A stretch of 62,439 bases of DNA, the filler included, from Perkinsus olseni (lineage: Eukaryota): the NCBI GenBank assembly GCA_013115125.1. It is 18 parts of 18 records of this genome, joined end to end, with 100 filler letters (N's around TTAATTAATTAA, not from the genome) between each part and the next. Parts side by side here need not be neighbours in the genome. Positions count along the whole stretch, not along the records: positions 21,030 to 24,421 come from JABANN010001410.1; positions 24,522 to 27,911 come from JABANN010001411.1; positions 28,012 to 31,396 come from JABANN010001412.1; positions 31,497 to 34,874 come from JABANN010001413.1; 14 more parts are not named here. One strand, 5' to 3'. Below are positions 24,004 through 34,874 of this stretch, piece after piece. How positions within the stretch are numbered: the stretch's first letter is position 1; every line of letters starts with the position of its first letter. Below the pieces are notes generated by a model, which saw only the letters and a list, made by a program, of their open reading frames with translations, was not told the origin of the DNA and did not search any database. Made by a program: the position numbers and the translations under genes.

Positions 24004-24420
24004 GCCTATTTAGCGGGTAGGGCTACATACGGCGCTCTAGGATATCACATTAACGAGTCGACACCAAATTGGCGGTAGGGTCGAAATGTGAGGATTGGCG
24101 GACAAGGAAACCATTTCAGCGGCTGGTCTCGAATAAGGAATTCAACTCCACGAATAAGGCCCTGAATTTCCTGAAGTCAATTTCGCCGAGTCGTCGCAAG
24201 CTGAGAATCACAGCGGGGAGATCGCGTGTGCGGCTCAAGTTGATCCCTGAATTTGATGTCCTTATCGGCGAAATTGACTTGCTCATTTGAGGCCAGCCGC
24301 TAAGATGACTTCCTTGTTCGCCAATTGGATCTTCCCATCTCGACCCTACCGCCAATTTGCTGTCTCGATAATGTGATATCCTCGACCTCCGTATAGGCAG
24401 CCCTGCCCGCCAAATAGGCA
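24004..24420. repeat. Long imperfect inverted repeat (foldback, MITE-like)
   Basis: The left arm GCCTATTT...AGGATATCACATTA...CAAATTGGCGGTAGGGTCGA...AGCGGCTGG is mirrored by CCAGCCGCT...TCGACCCTACCGCCAATTTG...TAATGTGATATCCT...AAATAGGC. Confidence 0.85.
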
Positions 24421-25529
24421 CNNNNNNNNNNNNNNNNNNNNNNNNNNNNNNNNNNNNNNNNNNNNTTAATTAATTAANNNNNNNNNNNNNNNNNNNNNNN
24501 NNNNNNNNNNNNNNNNNNNNNCGGCGTCCTAGTTGTTATTAGAGACGTTTCGGATGTGGATGGTATGGCTGGTGTTATTAATTGACGGGTGCTGGGATTG
24601 AACCTGGGTTGTTTGCCTGGGAAACGCTTGCGTGTGGCGGATGCTAGGTGGTCTCTGGTAGCTTTGTATCGTGTAAAATTGGTTTTTTCGCACTCATGCT
24701 CGATATAATATCAAAAACCTTCTGGGGTGTTCGATAATCCTCTCCTTCTCTTTTATTAAATACTTTACGTTCTTGTCTGGCATACTTCCTTCGTCCCATC
24801 ATAGTGATGGTATACTCGTAGGATGTTGCCTCTTTAGTTATAATTCTGCCCGTTCAAAGAAAGTTGGTATGAGCGCATGCTCGACACGTTGGTAGCTGCT
24901 CAGTCCCGCAGTGTGTTAAGCCTGCCAAGCCAATTTATTCCGTCTGGCCTGGTCCCCGTAGCCTGTTTCGCCCCTACCGATTATGCTGCCTTTACTTTCC
25001 TGCATGGCGGCGATGCTGAGACTGATCCCCTTGCTGGTGGTGGCTCGAGGGATATGGACTACTCAGAAAGGGTCGTCGGAGAGGGATGATCTGGAAGTGA
25101 GTTAAAATTCCGATCCGGGAATAGTACTGCCGTCCGAGCTTATGACCGATGGTTCGCTCAGGCTGCTACTACGGCTGCCCCAGCGGCATCCCCTCAGGGG
25201 TCGGCGGATGGTTATTACGCTGCCAATGTGTACTCTAAGCGGAGCGGAAATACGATTCATGTAAAATTACTCTGTGCTTCTAAAAATTTTCCGTGAAAAA
25301 TAGTGAAATGTCAGTCTGCATTGCATCACGATCTACATGAGAATTGGTATAACGAACAACGATTGAATTATTATTAGTTTCCCTTTGGCCGGCGGCGACA
25401 CCCCTTCGGGCTGACGAATGGGAGAAAGTAGAAGAGTGCAAATGCGAATAACCCAGAATCACTGAGACCCGGGCTCTATCTGTATACTAATTTGTCTTAG
25501 TAAAGAATTGCAGACAGCCTTCGCAACGA

Positions 25530-25820
25530 AAAAGCTCGGCGCTTAGTCTCGGGTTCGAATCCTTTCCCGGACTTTTTTCTGCATTTTTTCGGCTGCATCT
25601 CCCACGGTCCGCCTGAAGAGGGTGAAAACGGTTTCGCTTTTTCAATGGAATACTCGAAGTTGAAAAGCGAAAAGCGTAAGAAAAGCGAAAAGCGGAGTTC
25701 GGCCTTAAATCCCGGGTTCGAACCCCAGCCCGGGCTTTTTCCCGCATTTTTTCCAGTCCACGACAGTTTTGGTTGGTAGGATGGGGATAAAACCAATTTC
25801 GCTTCTTCAATCGAAAGCAC
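25530..25820 (+). repeat. Two degenerate tandem units, each with a tRNA T-loop/Pol III B-box and T-tracts
   Basis: CTCGGGTTCGAATCC...GGACTTTTTTCTGCATTTTTT and CCCGGGTTCGAACCCC...GGGCTTTTTCCCGCATTTTTT, both followed by TTTCGCTT.TTCAAT.GAA. Confidence 0.65.
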
Positions 25821-27510
25821 GGCCCGCGAGATTTAGGATGGTACGTGTCTCGCAAGTTGAATCAGCATAGTCGTGGCGAAAAATGCGTTTGAGCGTACGA
25901 ACGCGGACGGGCAAGTATACTTAACTGTAATAATACGAAATCCGATCTCCATTTTCGCGGCGAAAATTTCCGGAAAATTTCGGCGAAAAATTCTTTTTCC
26001 CGACCCTATTTCTGGCAGCACACGTTAAGTTTCGGACCAGGAGAAGCCTTGGAAGCGGTCTCTGTCTCGGGTGTGTCGAACCGGTGAGACGAGAAGCACC
26101 TTGTTAACTCTTCGCTGCTGTTGCTGCTGCTTCATTTAGGCATGTAAACTTTCAATACCATGCTGATGTTCTCGTCAATGAAGGGATCCGCAGACACCTG
26201 AGAAGCGAGAAGAGAACATTCTCGATGGCCAAGCAGAGAAAGGGAAGCCAAGTCGCTTCGCTCAAAGACCATCTCTTGGCACGCTTGTCCGATCCTGAAG
26301 GGCCGGGATGGTGGGTTTTAGAGAAGAAATTAGCAGGAAAATCGGTGTGCAGGGACTTCCAAAGTCGGACTCTAGATTTGGGCTTCAACCGCTCGAACAC
26401 TGTAAGTCCATTGGCTGCCTCTGTTCCTGTTCTTGTTGGTGGTGGTTCGAGCGTCGAATCTGGCTTCTCTTTATTAGACGGGTTGGCACACACGGATCGA
26501 TCTGGAGATGCCTGAGCCAGCTGAGGGCTTCAAGATCTCTAGATTATCAACTACCCTCTTCAATTACAAACCGTGAGGATGCCTTACTGTCGCTCATAGT
26601 GTGTCATGGTTGCTATTCAGAAAGGAGCCAATGAAGTTTGACATTGGTCGTTTGAGGGAGTTGGAGGAGAGGGCGAGGCGTTTCCTCCCGGACCCGGCCC
26701 GAAACTGGACAGATGACCACCTTCTCGATATTTGCGACAAACAGCTGCGCAGTTATTTATCCTACGTCCAAAAGAAGGAGAGGCTGCCCTACCCTGACCC
26801 CTTCGCTAAGGGTTACGCTGCTATGTTCGCACCTCTCTTCATGTGGCTGGTCGGTGGTGAAGGATGGATTCGAACCCCGGACCGTCTGCCAAGCCTGGGT
26901 AAGCCACGGTCTGTCCTGAGTTATGGACAGAGTTGTATTGACTATTGGAGTAAGGCGAAGAAGTGAGAGCCATCCAAAGGTCACGCGTCGTGAATGTATC
27001 CGATAATTTTTTTTCTATCAATTTGTGTATGTGCCATGCTGTCCTCCCTTGTTCGTGTGCTGTCTAGGAGACTGGGTCTTTGAGTTCACACCAGAGGAGG
27101 TCGTCTTGAGGTTTTCCTTTGTAAGGCTGTTTCCTAGACGTAACATGTCCCCCCCCGACGGGAAGTCTCTGAACGAGAGCCGCTTTTTGTGGGTAGGAGC
27201 TTCAGTGGTAGTAAGTCCAGCGATGGCTTGCCAACTTAACCAACTTCAAAATAAGGATGGTTTTTGTGTGGTTTGAAACCACGGGCTGTGGACGTTGCGG
27301 CCGCATTGGTGGCGTGAGGGGAGGAGCCGAGCGGAAGATGGCTAGGGAGGAAGCTTCCGAGACACCATCATCTGGGAATTGCTTGTTTCTGGTTAGTCGG
27401 GTTTATTCTTCGGCCGTTCTGTTATGTCCCCGTCAGTGGTAGTATTGCTAGGATGTTTTGTATCTTACATGGGTCGACCTAAGATACCTTGGTTCAGTTC
27501 ACGGTCTTCA

Positions 27511-27911
27511 TATGCTGAAAATGACACACCCTCCTCTGTCGGGTCGCCGTCAATGCACGCGGCATCTCTCCCGGCCGGTCCTCCTTTTCCTTGCTCGCTC
27601 ACGAAAGGGTCCTAGCCGACGGAAAAATACTCCAAAGGTCGCTGCTCATCTTCTTTATACCGGAGGTGTCACCAGGAAGTCCGTCCGAAGGCAGTTTCTG
27701 GGAGCTTTTGGAGAAGCGGAAAACGGCTTTGGATCGGACGAAAACTCAGCGGTCGGACGAGCGTTGTCGTCCGCAGTGCCGAGGTTGACTGAGAAGGAGT
27801 TGGTTGAAGCGATAAGGGTCGTTGGGGCCCGAAAATTCCCGAATAAGAATTTGCGGGAAATTCTGGGGAGGCTTCTCAACAGACTGGGGAGTGATGTTGA
27901 GCTTTTGGCAG
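27511..27911 (+). CDS. Hypothetical protein, N-terminal part (Arg-rich leader then helical region)
   Basis: Open frame to the contig end. A basic, acid-poor N-terminus suggests an organellar presequence. No family recognised. Confidence 0.35.
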
Positions 27912-28621
27912 NNNNNNNNNNNNNNNNNNNNNNNNNNNNNNNNNNNNNNNNNNNNTTAATTAATTAANNNNNNNNNNNNNNNNNNNNNNNNNNNNNNNNN
28001 NNNNNNNNNNNCGGTATGATGTGACGTGGACATAGTTATCGCCCCTCACAGATGTGCGCCGATGTACCAGGTGTTAAAACGTCGTGAAATGTTATTTCCG
28101 TTCAGAACCATATCCCTCCCGCTGGTTGAGTTTGGCCATGCATACGAACTAAACCTACTCTTAAAACTCCTCTACACCTATAGTGAGAACTAAGACTTAC
28201 GCTTAACGGTAGATGCGGATAGAAATACAGCTTCCTACTAACATGCGCCGATTTACTCCGTCTTTCAACGTCACGAGATGTGTAGGGTTCGTGCCCTTCG
28301 CGCTCGCCCTTGTTACGACCATCGTCACGACCATCGTCTGACCACTGCTAGTGCGCCGCATTATTATGTAGTTCGCCCTTCGATTATTACGCCCTGTAGT
28401 CGATCGTCGATCGCGCTACGCTTAAGTGTAATTGCATAGCGGTGAATTACTCGCAAAGATAGATTCTTTTTGATTCTTCCCACTTGGCTGCCCTTTCCGA
28501 AGGTCTGCCCTTGTTGTGAAGTTCGACTACGCTATCCACCGAAGCCCTGCTACTAGTTGCGTTGCCCAGTGACTGGCACAACATTCTGGTAGCAGCTCCT
28601 TGTTGGTCGACGACGAGTCCA

Positions 28622-29632
28622 ATGGCGAATCATGATGATAATCACCCCCAGGCTGATGAAGCCACGCCCTTGAGGGTTAGCCTCTCGATGCCCCCTGCCT
28701 TCGATGGTATCTCCGGCAGCTTTAAGGATTGGTTGAGACGCTACGAACAGTGTGCCCTTGCCGCCGGATGGTCCTCTCAACAGCAAGCTGAACGCCTTGG
28801 TCTGTACTTGAAAGAGCCCTTTCTGTCTGGTTGGGACGCCTACGCCAAGAGGACCAACTTCGAGGAAGATAAGAAGACGAAGAAGACCAACTTAACGATT
28901 TTTCATCATGTTCGCCCCCACCAGGCCCTTAAGCAATTTCAAGATTTACGCTGGTCTAAGGGCCAGCACCCTGCCCTTTATGCTGCGGCTCTGCAACGAC
29001 ATCTCAATCGTTACTATACCAAGGAAGATTTTCCCGACCTCACTGAAGAGGCGAAGGCTAAGAACATCGAGAAGATGGTCATCGACCGGCTGAAGGCGGA
29101 TCTTCCTCCTATGGTTCGCTTTCAGCTCCTCTTATCGGAGCCTAAGACCCTCAAGGACGCCTGTATGATGTGTGACAGTGTTCTTGCCCTTGACGACGCT
29201 AATGACAACACCACTCCCGAGGCTCCGGCTACTAAGGTTGCCGCGGTCGCAGGTGTTTCCGGTAGTCGCCCCGCCGAGTCCTCCACGGATTGGGTTACGA
29301 AGGCTGACGCTAAACGTATTGAGCAGAAGCTTGACAAGATTCTGGGCGACAAGAAGGGTAAGAGTAATGGTTCGAAGCAGCAACCTAATGCTAATGCCGG
29401 CTCTACGGTCGCCGCCGCTCGCCCTAGACATTGCGGTATCTGCAAGGCCCAGGACCACCCGACCTACTCCTGCCCTAATAAGAAGTTCTCGGAAGGTTGC
29501 TACTGGTGCGGCAAGACTGGTCACATGGCTAGAGATTGTTACCAGAACCCGAATAGGGTGATTCGTGATAAGGCCCCTAAGGCTCCTGGAGGTCCCCCGC
29601 AATCGCAGGGAAACCCCCAAGGCGGTCGATAA
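28622..29632 (+). CDS. gag: Gypsy Gag with two CCHC zinc knuckles
   Basis: PPAFDG...WLRRYE...GWS capsid N-terminus, then CGICKAQDHPTYSC and CYWCGKTGHMARDC. Confidence 0.92.
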   Translation: MANHDDNHPQADEATPLRVSLSMPPAFDGISGSFKDWLRRYEQCALAAGWSSQQQAERLGLYLKEPFLSGWDAYAKRTNFEEDKKTKKTNLTIFHHVRPHQALKQFQDLRWSKGQHPALYAAALQRHLNRYYTKEDFPDLTEEAKAKNIEKMVIDRLKADLPPMVRFQLLLSEPKTLKDACMMCDSVLALDDANDNTTPEAPATKVAAVAGVSGSRPAESSTDWVTKADAKRIEQKLDKILGDKKGKSNGSKQQPNANAGSTVAAARPRHCGICKAQDHPTYSCPNKKFSEGCYWCGKTGHMARDCYQNPNRVIRDKAPKAPGGPPQSQGNPQGGR

Positions 29633-31330
29633 GCGGCCCTCGACCGCCAGTACCGTTTGCCCTTGAGACTTTCGGCGGGTCCTATGGCAATTTTCTTTAC
29701 GCCGACGTTTCGTCTGACAAGGCCGTCCGCGGCCCTTGTCACGCTCTTGTTGATACCGGTAGTTGTTATACGTTATTAGACAAACGCTGCGTCCCGAGTG
29801 GTTCTAAGATTCAACCCGTTCGCGGTCTTGAACTCATTTCTGCGCAAGGTCATAGCTTCGATTTGATAGGGGCAGTCGCCCTTACTCTTTCTCTGTACGA
29901 TTCGACTAACTTAGATAGCCCTTGTTTACCGGAGGCAGACCCCTCGCCGCCGGGTGCGGACCTCCCTCCTGATGTTGTGGTACCTATGGTATTTTTGGTG
30001 GTTAAGGCTTGTGTTCATCCTATCCTTCTAGGTAGCGACTTCTTGGCGCACTATCGTATGGCTGTGGTTTACCGAGAACTAGGCCCACCCCTGCTCCAAG
30101 GCGTCCTGAAGGATCGACCGATTCCGGCTGTTACGGATGCTGGTCGCGGGTATTCTGTGTCGGCTACCCGATGGAAGAACGAGCCCTTGAAGATACCTAC
30201 CCGTATGATTGAATCATTGACCAAGCTACAAAAGAAAAAGATCCCCAGCAAGAATTTGGTTATGCCACCTGAACCTCCTCCTCAAGGCCCTTGTAGCCCT
30301 CGTGCGAGGCCTCCGCCTCCTGGTAGTTCTGTCAAAGGATCCCCCTCGGGAGACCCTTCTGATGGAGCCCAGGCTTCCCGCCATAACGGCCGGAAGAAGC
30401 GGAACGCTAAGCGCAGACGCCGAAGGGACCTAAGGAGAAGAGTTCACAAGAAGGTCCAGAGAGTCGTCGCCGCCGCCTTGCCGTGGCCCCGGTTGATCGC
30501 CATGTTATCTGTTCAACAGCCCTTGACCAACGATGAGCTGGCTGCTGACGGTTTGCCGACGAAGATGCCGATTCCGGATTCATGGCTGCCCCCGGTTTCA
30601 CGCTCGGGCGACCCTGGCAAGTTGTGGCCCCCTGACGGAGTCACTTCCGATGACATGGTCGATGACGACATCTCTGGTGCCCTTAAGTTCGCAGTTCCGG
30701 ACCTTACTGGTGAGGTTCCCCCTGGTACACTTCCGACTATTGACTTTTCTACTAATCCCGATAAAAAACGATTCGCCGATTTATGTAATGAGTATTCTGA
30801 CTTGTTCACGTCCCGTCCTGGGAAATGTGACTCTGTTGAACATGCTATACCATTGAAATCTGATAAGCCCTTTTCCCAGAAACCACGACCGATTCCCCAT
30901 AAGTGGCGGGATGAAGTCAAGGCCCTTGTCGGTAAGCTGTTGGAGGAAGGAATGATTCGCCCTAGCACTTCTCCGTATCGTTCGCCGTGTGTTTACGTCC
31001 CTAAGAAGAATGGCTCTGTGAGAATGTGTATCGACTTCCGCGCATTGAATGCCCTTACGGAGGTTGACTCGTATACGCTCCCTCGCCCTGACGATGTGCA
31101 AGAGCACCTAGCGGGTTCAAAGGTGTTCAGCACGCTCGATTTGCAATCTGGGTATTGGCAGTGCCTTCTCCGCCCTCAGGACGTTCCTAAGACAGCTTTT
31201 TGCCCGGGACCTGGTTTTCCGCTCTACGAGTGGGTCCGCATGCCCTTCGGACTCTGCTCGGCTGGAGCCACTTTTCAACGTCTGATGGACCAAGTGCTCA
31301 ACGGCTTGCCCTTTGTCCGAGTCTATCTAG
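29608..31330 (+). CDS. pol: Gypsy Pol (aspartic protease + RT), reached by -1 frameshift, broken at YLDD
   Basis: Frame is open from 29608. Protease: ALVDTGS and ILLGSDFL. RT: IRPSTSPYRSP, RMCIDFRALN, LDLQSGYWQ, MPFGL, then VYL followed by foreign sequence. Confidence 0.92.
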
Positions 31331-31396
31331 CAACACTCGCAGCTGAGCTGCTAGAAGTGTAACACAAGATCCGGAGATATTGGGCTGCGATGGAGA
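31327..31396 (-). mobile_element. Terminus of unidentified element inserted in the RT active-site codons
   Basis: Identical (reverse complement) to 10538-10607. The junction is GTC TAT CTAG|CAACACTCGC. Confidence 0.82.
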
Positions 31397-31496
31397 NNNN
31401 NNNNNNNNNNNNNNNNNNNNNNNNNNNNNNNNNNNNNNNNTTAATTAATTAANNNNNNNNNNNNNNNNNNNNNNNNNNNNNNNNNNNNNNNNNNNN

Positions 31497-32079
31497 ACAA
31501 CCTCACGAAGTGGTGATCGACACCGGCTGTAGTTGGACCCACGTTCCTGACAAGTTCTTTACAATGGTCTTGGATGCTATTCAAGCCGAGGTTGGTCCGG
31601 AACGCGTCGGCTGGAGGTCGGTGAGGACACAACCTACAGATGTTCAGGGGTTGGATGCCGTCCTAAAGAGTGATGATTGTATCGTGGTACACAGGACTAT
31701 AGTCGATAGACTTCCTGTTCTCGTTTTTAAAGACAAGGACGCGGGGACCTTTAAGCTGCATTTAAGTAATCATGTGCAAGTTTGCGACGAGGTGGGTTGG
31801 TGTCAAATTTCGTTGGGGAGAAGCTTCAAGGCTTATCCGACTTTCGATGCGTTCCAACTGGGCCGGCCCTTCTTCGTAGAACACGACTTGTATGTCAACT
31901 TCAATCGCGGTGTGGTCGGCATTGCAGCTCCGCCAAGGCCCGTTGTGAACGAAGCTGTGAAGCCCGAGGTGTGGGAAGAGCATCACTCAGCTCGCTGCAG
32001 ACGAGCAACGCGACTCTCTTCCGCTCTAGCCTGGCTTGTTCGACTAGGCTGCCGCAGGGGCCGAACAAACGAGTGGTGA
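31497..32079 (+). CDS. Pepsin-like (A1) aspartic protease, C-terminal lobe
   Basis: VIDTGCSWTHVP (second catalytic DTG), LPVLVF and LGRPFF...YVNFN...VGIA. Confidence 0.8.
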
Positions 32080-34801
32080 TCTCTGTGTTTACTGCACCCT
32101 AGGACCGTGACTGCTCTTAGACCTGCATGGATGTTGCACGTTCGTTGATGTTGATGTAATTCTCCTTATTTCGTTACAGGTGTGGTTAATCACGGTAAAG
32201 ACCCATGGTACGCGAGTGTGGGAAGGGGATGGCACTCAACGCCCGAATGCTTGTTATCCGATCAATAGTCGAGGCATCGGTGCTGTACATGTCTTACGAT
32301 AGTGTCACACCGTTATTGCGGTTGAGTTGGTAAATCAAGTTCACGGTGAGCTGTTCACCATCGTTAGACATCTCTCTTAGGGAGACAAAGGTAGGCTACC
32401 TGGGACTGGAAAAAAATCTGACAGCGTGAGTGCCATTGTGCTGCGTATTTCGCCACGCTCCTTGTAGTATCGCGTTTTTGAACGCATAAACCGCGACGGC
32501 GTTTCTTCGCTGTGCGGTCGCATGACATCACAATGCTTGCGCACCCACGCAATCTCGCCCTGTGTGTTTTTATTATCGCTACGATTCTCTCCGCTCACAA
32601 TCAAAAAAAATATTGCCATCCGCGACAAATGTCTCTTAAATGCGCTTCTTGCTTAGGCTTTCGAACCGTCGTTTTGCCGCCTCTGGGTAAGACGCTGCCG
32701 CACTCGGGTGAATATCCGAGGCATACTTAACCTCAGTCCAAGATTCTCCGATCAACACGGTTAGAATTGCGACCAACGGGTCTGGTCGAGCATGAATCAC
32801 ATTTGAGCACACTCATTGACCAGTCTCGCATCAGCCAATGTCCAAGAGTAGAAGGGCAACCCGAAAGTTCTGAGTTGCATTTCAGGTCTCGGAGGGACGG
32901 CCGTCAAGTTGCTAGCCCGTCAGCGTTGAGTCTGACTGAGCTGGCGACGGCGTTGGACTCGTAACTGGTGCGCACACTTCGAACTGTATATCGCTCTCGG
33001 TGATCTGCAAGAGGTTTTCCTGGAATTCACCAGCGAGATCTAGACTGAATGAATAAGATTGAATTGGGACTCTCATTAGATGATCGCTATAGTTAACACG
33101 ACGCTACGATATAGGACCTCGAGAAACGCCAGACAAAGCTCCATCCAGAAACGCATCGGATATGACGGGCTCCATTCAGGCAGCAGCTCCGGCCACGACA
33201 GGTGACAACGAGAAGCCAATATCAAGCGCTCTGTGAACCGGGTCCGAGGCGATTTCGGAATTCCTAGGGTATTGACAAGTCGAAGTCGTCAACCTCGAAT
33301 TCTCGGGCATCTCGGAAAACATCTGTCGACGCGGTCGACAGCCGCTTTTCCAGCTGGAGATTGGTGGCTCTGCTCGAATCCAGTTCTTGCTTTAGAGATC
33401 TCCTGAGTTTCAAAGAAGTGAGATCAGGTCGACGTAGGAAAGATACGCCGCGAATCATGACCCACGATCACTCCTGTCTACTTGTCTCCTCGGAATAATG
33501 TTATGTCACTCACAGCTCTAACAAATGCTCTCTAAAAGCTCAAAGCTACCCAGAGCTCATCGCTCAGTTGTAAGCGCATCTGCTACGAGTCCAACTGAAC
33601 CGGCGACGGCCTTGGACACTCACAGCTCTTCTCTGGCTTCTTCTATCCTCGCCCGAACTTTCGAGATCGCCTGATTCCTCCTAACGAATCACAATAGGCC
33701 GTCGAGACGACTTGTTCACAGCAGTAGGGTACCAACCTTGCCATGTCGCGCTCCTCCGACTCAATTTTCTGCCAGTAGGTGTTAAGCCTCTGAGTCTCCT
33801 GAGTAAGGAGATGGGTGGTCATCACACATGCAGTGCCAGGGTTCACCCAGAACTTCCCCGCTTCCACCACATACTCAGTGATGGACCGGGGGGGCATTGT
33901 GATGATCCAGTCAGTCGGTGGTACTCGACTAGAAGTGAGCGGCCCATTATCTGACAACAACTCGATTCAATCGCTAAACGTGATCTCCCGGCGTTTCGTT
34001 CTGGGCACTGGGCAGAAGTTTGCTGGCGTTCCTGTGTCAATTGCGTTATGGTGATCACTTAACCATGATCGGCCTCCATTAGAGGGCCGGTGAATGGAGA
34101 GAGAGGTGAAATTAATCGGGAACCCGACAAAATGATCTCTTAACTGAATTATCAAGAGGTGGTGTTCTCTCCCAGTGTGATCTGTGATCGTCACGAACGC
34201 GTTTCAATGTGAAGTTCGAATACCCCCAGGAAGGCGTTTGAGATCACCAAACGATGTGGGACGCGGCTCATCGCGAGCAAGAGAGTCTCACTTGAATGGT
34301 CCACCACCCTCTCCATGTCCTGCCGACTTCTCACTGAAGTTCGGCAAACACAGCAGCGGCCGTCGCGCGGTCTATGCTCAACGCACACGAGATGATGGCA
34401 AGTCTTCAAGCGAATCAACCTGAGGGTTCGAATGAAACCTCGAGAAAATTTGGTCATAATCACGGTGTCCTCTCAAGTTACGCAACAAGTATCGCGCGCC
34501 AATACAAGAACCGCAGGAGCCTACTCCTACTCTTTCTTGGCCATGCATCCCGATACGTTACACCTGGGCTGTACTGGGGCGTTCTCATGATTCGACATAA
34601 GATAGTGGTCAGAATAGAAATAGAACAGAATAGAAGTTCGGTCGAGCTGACAGTCCACTATGCGATTCGGCTACCGGCGGAGCATCGGACACGTGAACCC
34701 ACACGCATCATAGCGTGATGCTCAGGAACTACGGTGATGCGCTTCGGTCCGCTGTGCTCGAGACGAGACACTTCCACCATGAAATATATGGCTTAACATG
34801 G

Positions 34802-34874
34802 TGTAAAGGGGACAATTATTGTGTACCACTAAGATCTGCTTGATCGATCATTCAGCGTAGCGTAGCTATGCAAC
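34802..34874 (+). mobile_element. Terminus of a repeat starting TGTAAAGGGGAC (LTR-like or Ginger-like end)
   Basis: Near-identical reverse complement at 41910-41982. Flanks differ immediately outside TGT. Confidence 0.75.

Larger units (their letters stand above)
28281..31330 (+). mobile_element. Ty3/Gypsy LTR retrotransposon, 5' part (LTR, PBS, gag, PR-RT), interrupted in RT
   Basis: Probable LTR TGTAGGG (about 28281) to CACAACA (28583), PBS TGGTAGCAGC at 28587, then gag and pol in the -1 frame. Confidence 0.9.
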
